A stretch of 64,000 nucleotides of DNA, from the NCBI GenBank assembly GCA_965230245.1, contig OZ246000.1, forward strand, positions 1,085,054 to 1,149,053, in the 5' to 3' direction. Positions 47,178-56,705 of this stretch are shown here, one piece after another (position 1 is the first letter of the stretch; each line of letters opens with the position of its first letter). Under the pieces are notes generated by a model. It searched no databases, had not been told where the DNA came from, and saw only the letters and a program-made list of their open reading frames with translations. The position numbers and the translations under genes were made by a program. This stretch comes from an uncultured Micavibrio sp. (lineage in GTDB: Bacteria; Pseudomonadota; Alphaproteobacteria; Micavibrionales; Micavibrionaceae).

Positions 47178-47978
47178 TTAGGCCACTTCCTGCTGTTTAA
47201 AGATTTCTTTTTCGCGGCCTATGACTTCTTTGGCAAGTTGGATATAGGCCTGCGCACCAGCACATTTCATATCATAGATAATAGCGGGTAGTCCATATGA
47301 AGGCGCCTCTGACAAGCGCACATTGCGCGGGATCATCGTCTTATAAACCTTATCTCCGAAGAACTTGCGCACATCAGTGGCGACTAAGCCCGACAGATTA
47401 TTCCGCTTATCAACCATCGTTAGAACAATACCCTGTATGTCCAATGTCGGATTCAGGTTCTTGCGCACACGCCGAATCGTCTTCGTCAAATGACTCAAAC
47501 CTTCAAGCGCATAAAACTCACACTGCAAAGGAACAATAATCGACTGAACCGCTACAAAGGCATTTAGTGTCAAAAGGTTTAAAGAGGGCGGGCAATCAAC
47601 AATCACATAGTCATAAGGCAACGGTCGATGTAAGGCATCACGCAGACGGTACTCACGATAATGCGCGGTCACCAGCTCAATCTCTGCGCCTGAAAGATGA
47701 ATGGAAGAGGGCACAACCGAAAGGTTTTTCACGCGTGTAGGGATCGCGGCACTGACAATATCGACATCATCAAACAAAACATCATAAATGCTGTTCTTGA
47801 TCTGCGAACGCTTAACACCCAATCCGGTGGAGGCATTCCCTTGAGGATCGAGATCGATAAGAAGCACCCTCTTACCGACTGCACTCAATGCCGTTGAAAG
47901 ATTGATAGCCGTTGTGGTCTTTCCCACACCGCCTTTTTGATTGGCAATAGCCAGCAATCGCGCACTCTGCTGAAACAT
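47178..47978 (-). CDS. parA: Chromosome partitioning ATPase ParA (Soj)
   Basis: Deviant Walker A IANQKGGVGKTTTAINL, LIDLDPQGNAS, YVIVDCPPSL. Confidence 0.95.
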   Translation of the reverse strand: MFQQSARLLAIANQKGGVGKTTTAINLSTALSAVGKRVLLIDLDPQGNASTGLGVKRSQIKNSIYDVLFDDVDIVSAAIPTRVKNLSVVPSSIHLSGAEIELVTAHYREYRLRDALHRPLPYDYVIVDCPPSLNLLTLNAFVAVQSIIVPLQCEFYALEGLSHLTKTIRRVRKNLNPTLDIQGIVLTMVDKRNNLSGLVATDVRKFFGDKVYKTMIPRNVRLSEAPSYGLPAIIYDMKCAGAQAYIQLAKEVIGREKEIFKQQEVA

Positions 47979-48099
47979 GATCTTGGTCTTTGATTTTATG
48001 AAGTCGAACGACTTGATGGAATAAAGGTGAATAACCGAATGTTTTAATGATGAAAAACTCAGACCAAACCGTCAAGAAAATAGCAGAACAGCATACAGG

Positions 48100-48732
48100 T
48101 TATGCACAGGAGCGAATATCTTTTAGATGTAATACAGAAGCGTCTTCAGAGGTCTTACTCACATGTCGCTCTACATCAAAAACATAAGCTGAGCGTGCAT
48201 CTTCAACCTCCTGATCGGCCTGCGCACCTTTTAAAAACAAGCACTCAACATCATCTTTGCTTTCCAACCATGGACGCGCATAATCAAGCAAGGACCCCAG
48301 ATTTGCGAGCGCCCGCGCAATGATGAGGTCAGGTATGATTCGATTCGTTGCGTCCTCGATGCGCATATTATGAATCGCTACGTCCGTATCTGTTTCACGT
48401 GAAACCGTACGCATAAACAAGCACTTACGCTCATCCGATTCGATAAGGTTCACATTTATCTCAGGGTGCATAATAGCCAACACAAGACCCGGAAACCCAG
48501 CGCCGCAACCCAAATCAGCAACAACTTTATGTTTAGATGAAAGAAATACGCTAAGTTGCGCTGAGTCGGCAAAATGCCTGTGCCAGCTCTCCGCTACCGT
48601 ATTCTTACTCACCAGGTTAATGCTTTTTTGCCATTTCAGAAGCAGATCATGATAGATGCCGAGCTTTTTAAACGTCTCCTCAGAAACGTCAAACATATCT
48701 TGAAACGCCGCCGCATTCGATTTACGCGGCAT
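48100..48732 (-). CDS. rsmG: 16S rRNA (guanine527-N7)-methyltransferase
   Basis: [48 protein letters not shown]. Start ambiguous: M at 48732 or 48696; the track start is 48774. Confidence 0.9.
   Translation of the reverse strand: MPRKSNAAAFQDMFDVSEETFKKLGIYHDLLLKWQKSINLVSKNTVAESWHRHFADSAQLSVFLSSKHKVVADLGCGAGFPGLVLAIMHPEINVNLIESDERKCLFMRTVSRETDTDVAIHNMRIEDATNRIIPDLIIARALANLGSLLDYARPWLESKDDVECLFLKGAQADQEVEDARSAYVFDVERHVSKTSEDASVLHLKDIRSCA
48391..48406. other. parS-like site inside rsmG
   Basis: TGTTTCACGTGAAACC, 15 of 16 matches to parS. The 14-bp core is a perfect palindrome. Confidence 0.7.
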
Positions 48733-50620
48733 GGCTCTTCGATCCGCTTCGCCTAACATACCGCAGCAGTGCAATCACGGCTGCAGGCGTCACACCGGGA
48801 ATACGCGAAGCCTCACCTAAAGTCTCCGGACGAACATGTTCGAGCTTCTGTCGTATTTCGTTAGACAAACTGCCAACCTTTGTGTAATCAAAGTCTTTGG
48901 GAATCTTCAAATTCTCGTCCTTACGATAAGCTTGAATATCCGCCCTGTGACGCTCCATATAACCTGAATACAGCGCATCAATCTCGATATGCTCACGAAT
49001 ATCGGCTTCAATATCATTTAACTCAGGCCAGATCGATGAAAGATCGTCCCATTTAATATGCGGATAGGAGAGAAGATCAAGCACACTGCGTCGCACTCCG
49101 TCATGATTGACTTTAAGCCCATGTTTCGACAATTCATTAGGCGTAGCCTCTAACCGCTCAACCAAGGAATACCCTTCTTCTAAAAGCTCAGATTTTCTGT
49201 TCCATACCGCTTCACGCTCCGCACCGACGCAGCCAATCGCTAGTCCCAAACGCGTCAAACGCTGATCTGCATTATCAGCACGCAGCCACAAACGATACTC
49301 AGCGCGGCTTGTAAACATACGATAAGGTTCGGGCGCCCCGCGCGTGATCAGGTCATCAATCAACACACCGATATAAGCCTCCGCCCGATCAAATGTAAAA
49401 ATATCCGCTGTTTCACGTGAAACTGAATCTGACAGCGCCTTTGCCTGAAGCGCCGCATTAATGCCCGCCATCAAACCCTGCGCACCGGCTTCTTCATACC
49501 CTGTTGTTCCGTTAATCTGTCCTGCAAGGAAAAGACCGGGCAAGCGCTTTGACTCAAGAGTTTTGTACAAATCTCTCGGATCAACATAATCATATTCAAT
49601 CGCATACCCCCATTCGAGGACTTCGACATTCTCTAATCCGGGAATGGAATGAATCATCTTATCCTGCACATCGACAGGCAAAGACGTAGAAATACCGTTC
49701 GGATAAACCGTATCATCATCAAGACCCTCAGGCTCCAGAAAGATCTGATGACGCGGCTTATCTGCAAACCTGTGAATCTTATCTTCAATCGAAGGGCAAT
49801 AACGCGGCCCTGTGCTTTGAATCCGCCCTGAATACATCGCTGAGCGATGCAAATTCTCTTCAACAATCTTATGTGTCTCAGGAGTCGTATAGGTTATATG
49901 GCACGAAATCTGTGGCACTTTGACCTCATCCGTCATATATGAAAACGGCAAAGGCGGCTTATCACCTGGCTGCTCATCCAGAACATCCCAATTGATGGTT
50001 TTACCATTCAAACGCGCTGGCGTGCCTGTTTTCAAACGCCCGAGAGGGAAATCCAAACGCTCAAGTGTCTCTGCAAGCCCGATCGTCGGTTTTTCACCAA
50101 CACGGCCCGCGGGGATGGTTTCCTCGCCTCTGTGAATCAATCCGCGCAGGAAGGTTCCTGTTGTCAGCACCACAGTCGGGCAATGATACACAGCTCCATC
50201 CAGAGTTTTTACACCGGCTACTGCCCCGTGATCATCAAGCATCAGATCATCCGCCGCGCCCTCAATCAACGATAGATTAGGATAGTCAGACAAAATCTCC
50301 TGCATAGCCTCACGGTAAAGTTTTCGATCAGCCTGCGCACGCGGCCCGCGAACCGCAGGACCCTTGGAAGCATTCAACATACGAAACTGGATACCGGCCC
50401 GATCAATCACACGCCCCATCAAACCGTCAAGCGCATCAATTTCCCGAACCAGATGCCCCTTGCCGAGACCGCCAATTGCAGGGTTGCAAGACATGACACC
50501 AATTGTCTCCAGTTTGTGTGTAAGCAAAGCGGTTTTCGCCCCCATACGCGCAGCAGAAGCCGCAGCCTCGCAACCTGCGTGCCCACCACCAACAACAATG
50601 ACATCAAAATCGTTATTCAT
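48722..50620 (-). CDS. mnmG: tRNA uridine 5-carboxymethylaminomethyl modification enzyme MnmG (GidA)
   Basis: [65 protein letters not shown]. Confidence 0.97.
   Translation of the reverse strand: MNNDFDVIVVGGGHAGCEAAASAARMGAKTALLTHKLETIGVMSCNPAIGGLGKGHLVREIDALDGLMGRVIDRAGIQFRMLNASKGPAVRGPRAQADRKLYREAMQEILSDYPNLSLIEGAADDLMLDDHGAVAGVKTLDGAVYHCPTVVLTTGTFLRGLIHRGEETIPAGRVGEKPTIGLAETLERLDFPLGRLKTGTPARLNGKTINWDVLDEQPGDKPPLPFSYMTDEVKVPQISCHITYTTPETHKIVEENLHRSAMYSGRIQSTGPRYCPSIEDKIHRFADKPRHQIFLEPEGLDDDTVYPNGISTSLPVDVQDKMIHSIPGLENVEVLEWGYAIEYDYVDPRDLYKTLESKRLPGLFLAGQINGTTGYEEAGAQGLMAGINAALQAKALSDSVSRETADIFTFDRAEAYIGVLIDDLITRGAPEPYRMFTSRAEYRLWLRADNADQRLTRLGLAIGCVGAEREAVWNRKSELLEEGYSLVERLEATPNELSKHGLKVNHDGVRRSVLDLLSYPHIKWDDLSSIWPELNDIEADIREHIEIDALYSGYMERHRADIQAYRKDENLKIPKDFDYTKVGSLSNEIRQKLEHVRPETLGEASRIPGVTPAAVIALLRYVRRSGSKSHAA
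49409..49424. other. parS-like site inside mnmG
   Basis: TGTTTCACGTGAAACT, 15 of 16 matches to parS. The 14-bp core is a perfect palindrome. Confidence 0.7.
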
Positions 50621-50705
50621 TGCGCGTTTTATACATTTTTCCCGTGCAAATTTCCAGAAATCCTTTCACTATGGGCAAACTAATTAAACCACAGAAACCC
50701 TGATC

Positions 50706-51086
50706 ATGGCAGACGACATTTTAGAGACAGAGGAACACGAGGGTAGCTTCGCAGAAAGCGCACGCCATAAAGATAACCGCCTGAAAGAAGAATTCGAAAG
50801 CACATTCTCTGAAAAAGGCAAAAACCATCTAAAAGGTTTTCTCTTCGACCCGAAACTTCAACCGGACTTTGGCGGCGTCCCGTATACGCAGGCTTTCATG
50901 CTGTACTTTATGCGAGCAGCATTAAACCCGAGCGAAAACGATGCAAACTATCGTAAATTCGTTAATAACTTTAACCGCATGGCGGAAGGAATAGATCGGG
51001 AGATTACATCCATGCCGACAAAAAATTTCCTCGAAGATGTCGTCCGCCCGCATATCGAACCTCTCAGAGACGATCATACGATGTAG
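50706..51086 (+). CDS. Hypothetical protein (126 aa)
   Basis: ORF only, inserted on the opposite strand between mnmG and mnmE. No recognisable domain. Confidence 0.4.
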   Translation: MADDILETEEHEGSFAESARHKDNRLKEEFESTFSEKGKNHLKGFLFDPKLQPDFGGVPYTQAFMLYFMRAALNPSENDANYRKFVNNFNRMAEGIDREITSMPTKNFLEDVVRPHIEPLRDDHTM

Positions 51087-51110
51087 AAAACGTCACCTAA
51101 TCCGAGCTAA

Positions 51111-52457
51111 CTATTTTCCTATACAAAAATCTCTAAATACGATATCCAGCAAATCCTCGACATCCACCCGTCCGGTGATTTTACCCAACGCACGAATTGC
51201 AAGCCGCAAATCTTCTGCCGCCAGTTCCGGCAATGCGGAAACCTCACTTCTGCGTAACGATTCGATACAGTCCGTTAAAGCATCGCGATGACGCTGGCGA
51301 GTAAGGGCAGGGGCTTCATTCAGACCGATCAGACCTTCGATTTTTTGCCCCAGTTTCGCAAGTAACTGCTCGATACCCTCGCCCGATGCAGCTGAAATTC
51401 CGACATAATCAGTAAAATCATCCGCAAAGTCAGGTATTCCTTGATCAATTTTGTTCAAAGCTACGACAGAGTCTGAATCAATCATGCCAAATGTATGTTT
51501 ATCCGGCACATTTTGACTCCCGTCGAAAAGCAAAAGCCTGATATCCGCCTCTTGCGCCTTTTTCATGGCACGGCGAATGCCCTCGCCCTCCACTGCATCA
51601 TGTCCGCCGGCTTTATCAGACAACTGATCAGGGCGTAACCCTGCCGTATCTGATAAAATGACCGGATACCCGCCAAGATCAAGGTGAACATCAATAACGT
51701 CTCGTGTTGTTCCCGCCATATCGGAAACAATTGCCACATCACGCTGCGCCAGCGCATTCACAAGGCTCGATTTTCCGGCATTCGGCGCACCTATCACAAC
51801 AACACTAACACCGTCACGCAATCGTTCGCCCCGACGCTTATCATTTAAATGACGATCGATATCTTCTGCCAACGCTTTAATCTGTGGCATCACTTGCGGC
51901 AAAATACCTTCAGGCATATCCTCATCCGGAAACTCGAGGTCGGCCTCAACATGCGCCAGAATACGGCTCAAACTCTCCCGCCACCCATCATACAACCGCG
52001 ACAACGCTCCTTCCATTTGCATTAAGGCCTGTGCCTTTTGCATTTGGGTTTCGGCATTGATCAAATCCGCAACCGCCTCTGCCTCCGTCAAATCCATCTT
52101 CTCGTTTTCGAATGCACGGCGCGTAAACTCTCCCGGTTCAGCCAATCTGTGATTAGGCTGTTTCGAGAGAACATCCGTAAAATGCTGGAGAATGGCAACA
52201 CTACCATGAAGATGGTATTCCACCACATCTTCTCCGGTATAACTCGCAGGCCCTTGAAATAGAATCACAACTCCCTGATCAATCGTTTCACGTGAAACGG
52301 GATCCTTGATATGACGAAGCAAAGCAGTGCGAAGTTCAGGACTCTGATCGCCACAAAGCATCTTACAACTCTTAAAAGCATCTGGGCCGGACACACGAAC
52401 AACCGCTACACCGGAACGGCCCTTTGCGCTCGCCAAGGCAAAAATCGTATCACTCAT
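51111..52457 (-). CDS. mnmE: tRNA modification GTPase MnmE (TrmE)
   Basis: DTIFALASAKGRSGVAVVRVSG, GAPNAGKSSL, DTAG, NKID, C-terminal FCIGK. Confidence 0.97.
   Translation of the reverse strand: MSDTIFALASAKGRSGVAVVRVSGPDAFKSCKMLCGDQSPELRTALLRHIKDPVSRETIDQGVVILFQGPASYTGEDVVEYHLHGSVAILQHFTDVLSKQPNHRLAEPGEFTRRAFENEKMDLTEAEAVADLINAETQMQKAQALMQMEGALSRLYDGWRESLSRILAHVEADLEFPDEDMPEGILPQVMPQIKALAEDIDRHLNDKRRGERLRDGVSVVVIGAPNAGKSSLVNALAQRDVAIVSDMAGTTRDVIDVHLDLGGYPVILSDTAGLRPDQLSDKAGGHDAVEGEGIRRAMKKAQEADIRLLLFDGSQNVPDKHTFGMIDSDSVVALNKIDQGIPDFADDFTDYVGISAASGEGIEQLLAKLGQKIEGLIGLNEAPALTRQRHRDALTDCIESLRRSEVSALPELAAEDLRLAIRALGKITGRVDVEDLLDIVFRDFCIGK
52284..52299. other. parS-like site inside mnmE
   Basis: CGTTTCACGTGAAACG, 14 of 16 matches to parS. 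The whole 16-mer is a perfect palindrome. Confidence 0.65.
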
Positions 52458-52459
52458 AC

Positions 52460-52738
52460 TTAATCGTCTTTATCGGATCCGCCCTTGGAACCACTGGAAG
52501 AAGAGGGTGTCTTCATACCCATCTGTCCCATAAACAACTTCTGAAACTCCGCCATGCTTTGCACCGTAAGCGGCATCCATGTTTTCACCATTTCTTCGGG
52601 GCTAAGGTTGCGGATATTCTCCTGCATCTTTTCTTCAATTTCCTTGAGCATTTTTTCCTGCAGAGGAACAACATCAGGCAAACCCAAAAATGCGCGGGCT
52701 TCCTCCGGCGTGCATTCAATATCAAATTTGAATTTCAT
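52460..52738 (-). CDS. Small conserved alphaproteobacterial protein (DUF6489-like, tentative)
   Basis: 92 aa; MKFKFDIECTPEEARAFLGLPDV.PLQEKM. It lies 2 nt upstream of mnmE on the same strand. The family name is from memory and was not verified. Confidence 0.5.
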   Translation of the reverse strand: MKFKFDIECTPEEARAFLGLPDVVPLQEKMLKEIEEKMQENIRNLSPEEMVKTWMPLTVQSMAEFQKLFMGQMGMKTPSSSSGSKGGSDKDD

Positions 52739-52837
52739 TGTTTCTGCTCCCTGAATTCATTAAGCTTAGATACGTTTATACAGCAAGTTATATTGAGAAA
52801 ACACTGCAAACGCAGGATATTTTAGAGAGCTTTATTC

Positions 52838-54637
52838 GTGACTGACGAACCCCCAATCGACCCGCCACCATTCCCACCCGGATCAGGACTTCCGGAAACA
52901 CCCGAGGAAAGTGCGCAAACAACGCCTGAAGGCATGCCCGAACAACCGGCGACAACGCCGGCATCCAAAAAGGTGAAAATCCACAAACTGGAAATTGCCG
53001 AAGAATATCAGGAAAAAGCTCTGGAACGCGTCAAGGGCATTATCGAGGGAAACAAGTTCGATACGGACAAGGTGACAATCGCAAATTTCGAAGGAGAGCT
53101 TCTTCAATTCGAGGCCGAAACAACAATCCAGATCTCTACAAAGATCAGCAAAAAACAAACCCCGGGACGCATGCGCGGCCCCGTGCAAGTCGAAAACGAG
53201 CAAGGCCTTGCTCGTGAAATGAACAAAGAATATATCAAAATGTCGATGGACCGCGATTTGATTAGAAAGATCAGGGACGTGGCAACTAAGCGCGATGATG
53301 AGTGTTTTGCGCAGGACGGTATTGTGCTTGATTTACCGTTCTGGAAAAAAGAGTTCGTCTTTTTCGAAGGCTGCGATAATTGCCGGACACAAGGAAAAAT
53401 CAAATGTCAGCGCTGTCACGGCAAAGGTGTAGACCGCTGCCCGCGGTGCCATGGCAAAGGTATGGATCATTGTTCACAATGCCGCGGCCAGCAAATGATC
53501 ATGGGTCCGCAAGGTAATAAAATTCAATGCCCACGCTGCCATGGTCGGGGACAAGAAACATGCGTGCTTTGTAATCAAAGCGGAACCGTCCAGTGCCCCA
53601 CATGCAGAACGAAAGGATTTACAACCTGCCCGACATGCCAGGGACACGGCTGGAGCAGCCATCTCAACATCGTCGAAATCGAGGGCAAAACATCCTTCAA
53701 ATATCCCGAAGATGAATTACCGGATAAGATCGTCGCCTTAATGACAGAACTCGGCCCGAAAATGCGCGAACACGCCCGCATCACGATCAAGCAGGAAATC
53801 GAGGATCCGGCACAACGAAAAAAAGAACAGGAAGAAGACCCCGAGGAAAAACAGGAAAATGTGGTCAACGCCTTCCGAATTCCGATTCTATATGACGTCA
53901 TGCTGCCGAACGGTCACGCCGAATTCGATATCGACGGCAAATCATATTACACCTTCTTGTTCGGATATAAGGGCGAAGTGACCCACGTGTCTCCGTTCCT
54001 CGAAGACATCATCAAAAACGGAATGCGTAAACTGGACGATGCGGTTGCCGGCCGTGGAGATGTTGCGGAGAATCTTCAAAAGGCCGCCGAATACAGAACA
54101 GTGAAAGAAGTCATCATTTGCGCCGCGCGCATGCCGTTGATGAAGGCATACAAAAAACTGCAGGAAAGAAACCCGATCGGCATCAGGGACGAAACCCTTC
54201 GCGACCTGATCATGAAGGCCGATAAGTCCATGAAAAAAATCACCGACAAACCCCTTCAAATGGGCATGCTCGGCGGCGTGCTGGCTATGGGCGGACTGTT
54301 CGCAGCCTATCTCTACACACCCGTAAGATCGATGATCACAGAAAAACTACCCAACAGCGCCCTCGAAATCGGTGTTGATATTTCGCTGGTCGCTCTTGCT
54401 GCATATATATGTACGGTCATCATGAAAACGTCCGCATCCGGCGCAATCAAAAAAGCCTTAACCGGCATCATTCCGAAAGAAGAAGAAAAGAAACTCAAAC
54501 CGAAACTGGGCAGCAAAGGCATGCTTGCCTTCATACTCGTCGCCATTATCTTTGCCGCAGTTCTGGAATCAACACGTCACACGGGTGCGGACATTCCGCA
54601 ATGGTACGCCAATATTTTTGACAATCTCAAAAAATAA
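52838..54637 (+). CDS. Membrane-anchored protein with eight CxxC motifs (DnaJ cysteine-rich-domain-like)
   Basis: 599 aa with a GTG start. Pro-rich N-terminus. CDNC, CQRC(HGKG), CPRC(HGKG), CSQC, CPRC(HGRG), CVLC, CPTC, CPTC(QGHG) fall between residues ~179 and 270. Three C-terminal hydrophobic segments. Confidence 0.6.
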   Translation: MTDEPPIDPPPFPPGSGLPETPEESAQTTPEGMPEQPATTPASKKVKIHKLEIAEEYQEKALERVKGIIEGNKFDTDKVTIANFEGELLQFEAETTIQISTKISKKQTPGRMRGPVQVENEQGLAREMNKEYIKMSMDRDLIRKIRDVATKRDDECFAQDGIVLDLPFWKKEFVFFEGCDNCRTQGKIKCQRCHGKGVDRCPRCHGKGMDHCSQCRGQQMIMGPQGNKIQCPRCHGRGQETCVLCNQSGTVQCPTCRTKGFTTCPTCQGHGWSSHLNIVEIEGKTSFKYPEDELPDKIVALMTELGPKMREHARITIKQEIEDPAQRKKEQEEDPEEKQENVVNAFRIPILYDVMLPNGHAEFDIDGKSYYTFLFGYKGEVTHVSPFLEDIIKNGMRKLDDAVAGRGDVAENLQKAAEYRTVKEVIICAARMPLMKAYKKLQERNPIGIRDETLRDLIMKADKSMKKITDKPLQMGMLGGVLAMGGLFAAYLYTPVRSMITEKLPNSALEIGVDISLVALAAYICTVIMKTSASGAIKKALTGIIPKEEEKKLKPKLGSKGMLAFILVAIIFAAVLESTRHTGADIPQWYANIFDNLKK

Positions 54638-54654
54638 AAGCGCCCCAAAAGAAG

Positions 54655-54686
54655 GGTCGTTCTGTGCTTAAAGCAACAGAACGACC
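54655..54686. terminator. Strong hairpin between convergent genes (likely terminator, mainly for the minus-strand gene)
   Basis: 11-bp perfect stem GGTCGTTCTGT / ACAGAACGACC with a 10-nt loop. On the minus strand it is followed by CTTCTTTTGG...TTTTATTTTTT. Confidence 0.6.
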
Positions 54687-54722
54687 AGCAACGTGAGGGA
54701 CACATATGTACCGTATTCAGAT

Positions 54723-55250
54723 TTAACGGCTCCAGCGAAGTTTTAATGCTGTCATCGCCTCTTCTTTTTTGCACTCACGGTAAGAGGAAATCGCGAGAGC
54801 AGAACGATTACCACTTGTTCGTGCAGAAGAAACGCGGACATCAAGCATAGTTTCCGCTTTCATCTTGCCGGGCTGTTCTAATGGTCCGGGGGCAAATCGG
54901 ACACCGAACACCATACCGAGTACGGCAACTTTACCAGCCGAGCGCTGGTTTCGATCAACAGCAGACGTGGAGGGAGTGTGATGGATGGATTTGAGCAGGG
55001 GAAGGCACTTGTCCACCGTTGACGAGGAGGGAACTTTTTGCTTAGGACGCATCGGGTTTGTATCCAGTGCGTTCTTGAAATCATAATGGAATTGAGCTTT
55101 GAATGTATCCAGCGACCATGCGCTGCCTGCAGATACGGCCAATAAAATCACAAAAGCCGCCAGATAGGCTACAGCCTTATGAGATTTGCGAAGAATTTTG
55201 TCACTTTGCAGGGCTTGTATATTTTTAGTCCGGAGTGTCATTTTAACCAC
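54723..55250 (-). CDS. Hypothetical exported protein (175 aa)
   Basis: N-terminal anchor or signal segment AVAYLAAFVILLAVSAGSAWS. No recognised domain. Confidence 0.4.
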   Translation of the reverse strand: MVKMTLRTKNIQALQSDKILRKSHKAVAYLAAFVILLAVSAGSAWSLDTFKAQFHYDFKNALDTNPMRPKQKVPSSSTVDKCLPLLKSIHHTPSTSAVDRNQRSAGKVAVLGMVFGVRFAPGPLEQPGKMKAETMLDVRVSSARTSGNRSALAISSYRECKKEEAMTALKLRWSR

Positions 55251-55571
55251 CTTAATATTTCACTCTTCAGTTGGACGTTTGCGATATGTGTTGCACTTTT
55301 TATTTATTCTTTGTTTTTATCTCTTGATCACAAAACGTTTTTTTGTTCTTTACCTTCTATTATCTCAACATGAAAATAGATTTATGACAAACACTTTCGC
55401 TTCGATTTTTCTTTGTTTTTCAATCAATTAAGGACAGAATTCAAAACGAATTTAGGACAAATTTTATATATGTGATAAAGAGAAAGAAAATGCAGGCACT
55501 TAAGGCTTCGCCCCTATGTCCACGCCATATTGCCCTGCACAATCACAATGCATTTTATGTAAGAGAAAATT

Positions 55572-55904
55572 TTGAACCTGCTGTTTATATGCACCGCCAA
55601 CAAGCTCCGCAGCGCCACCGCAGAGACGGTTTTTTCCGCCTATGACGGTATCAATGCCATCGGCGCGGGAACGGACAAAGACGCCCCGACCACCGTTGGG
55701 TTAGACCTCATCGAATGGGCAGATAAAATTTTTGTGATGGAACAGGCGCATAAAAACAAAGTTACAAAACGGTTTTATCATGACCTGAAGGACAAACGCC
55801 TGATCGTTCTCGGCATCCCCGATGATTATAAATACATGGACGAAGAACTTGTCATGCTCCTCAAATACAAAATCGGAAATTTACTGGGTAGGGAGTTTGA
55901 ATAA
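55572..55904 (+). CDS. Short low-molecular-weight phosphotyrosine phosphatase-like protein
   Basis: 110 aa with the P-loop LLFICTANKLRSATAE (CX5R-S) at the N-terminus. TTG start per the ORF track. Confidence 0.6.
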   Translation: MNLLFICTANKLRSATAETVFSAYDGINAIGAGTDKDAPTTVGLDLIEWADKIFVMEQAHKNKVTKRFYHDLKDKRLIVLGIPDDYKYMDEELVMLLKYKIGNLLGREFE

Positions 55905-55913
55905 TCAACCTCA

Positions 55914-56597
55914 TCACAAACTTTGGTTTAAGAAGAACTCAAGGCGGTCATCATTTCGCCCCTTATAATAAATAAAGGTATGTGGAATGCTGTGATCGCT
56001 GTGACCATTAGAGTCTAAATCGGTTCTGATATAAGTTTTTTCTATTGTTATTAAGTACCCCCCGGGCTCCAAGACTTTAAAATTATCGGTCTTCCAGATA
56101 AACACTTGTAAATATATGCCCAATGTTCCTTCAACTTTAAGGCTTGCATCAAAACGGTTTCGATCATTGGCCAAGGAACCATCGTACACCTTTATGTGAG
56201 GATTAGGTCGACCAAAGCAGCCGGCAGAATAAGGTTTCTGCTCGTTTTTCCCACTTGTAGAAAAACGGTATTGCACCCTTGATCGGGCAAACTCAAAGAT
56301 ACTTTCTGTTTGAAGGGATGGTGGCAATAATTCCTGATGTTCGACATCAAGTATGTAAGAAGGACCAATCATTATAAGCAAGCTAACTCTATCGATGCCT
56401 AAAAACTTTTCATTGATGATCGTGTTTTGGCTTGTATAACAAGTGGCTCCCTCTGGCGTCTCAACAAAATTAGACTCCATATAATTAGTGTACAGTTGAG
56501 CAACAATACCGAGCCCAAACACAAAAATTAATATGAAAACGTAATGGAATTTATGCCTGACTTTTGACAACATTATGAAAGCCTCCCTAGCCAGCAT
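55914..56597 (-). CDS. Hypothetical membrane-anchored protein (227 aa)
   Basis: Single N-terminal TM (YVFILIFVFGLGIVAQLY). No recognised domain. Confidence 0.4.
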   Translation of the reverse strand: MLAREAFIMLSKVRHKFHYVFILIFVFGLGIVAQLYTNYMESNFVETPEGATCYTSQNTIINEKFLGIDRVSLLIMIGPSYILDVEHQELLPPSLQTESIFEFARSRVQYRFSTSGKNEQKPYSAGCFGRPNPHIKVYDGSLANDRNRFDASLKVEGTLGIYLQVFIWKTDNFKVLEPGGYLITIEKTYIRTDLDSNGHSDHSIPHTFIYYKGRNDDRLEFFLNQSL

Positions 56598-56705
56598 AAT
56601 TATTTATCAAAGCGCACATTTTTGCAAAAACTTACAACAAACCAAGATACGGTCTAAGTCACTGAACTTAAGCCGCTTCTTGAATAGAAAAATTTAGAAA
56701 AAAAA

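Noticed and set aside
55512-55520. Shared TATGTCCAC 9-mer here and at 61707-61715 as DnaA boxes
   Set aside because: Relative to TTATCCACA it needs a one-base insertion. Two occurrences in 64 kb are not compelling.
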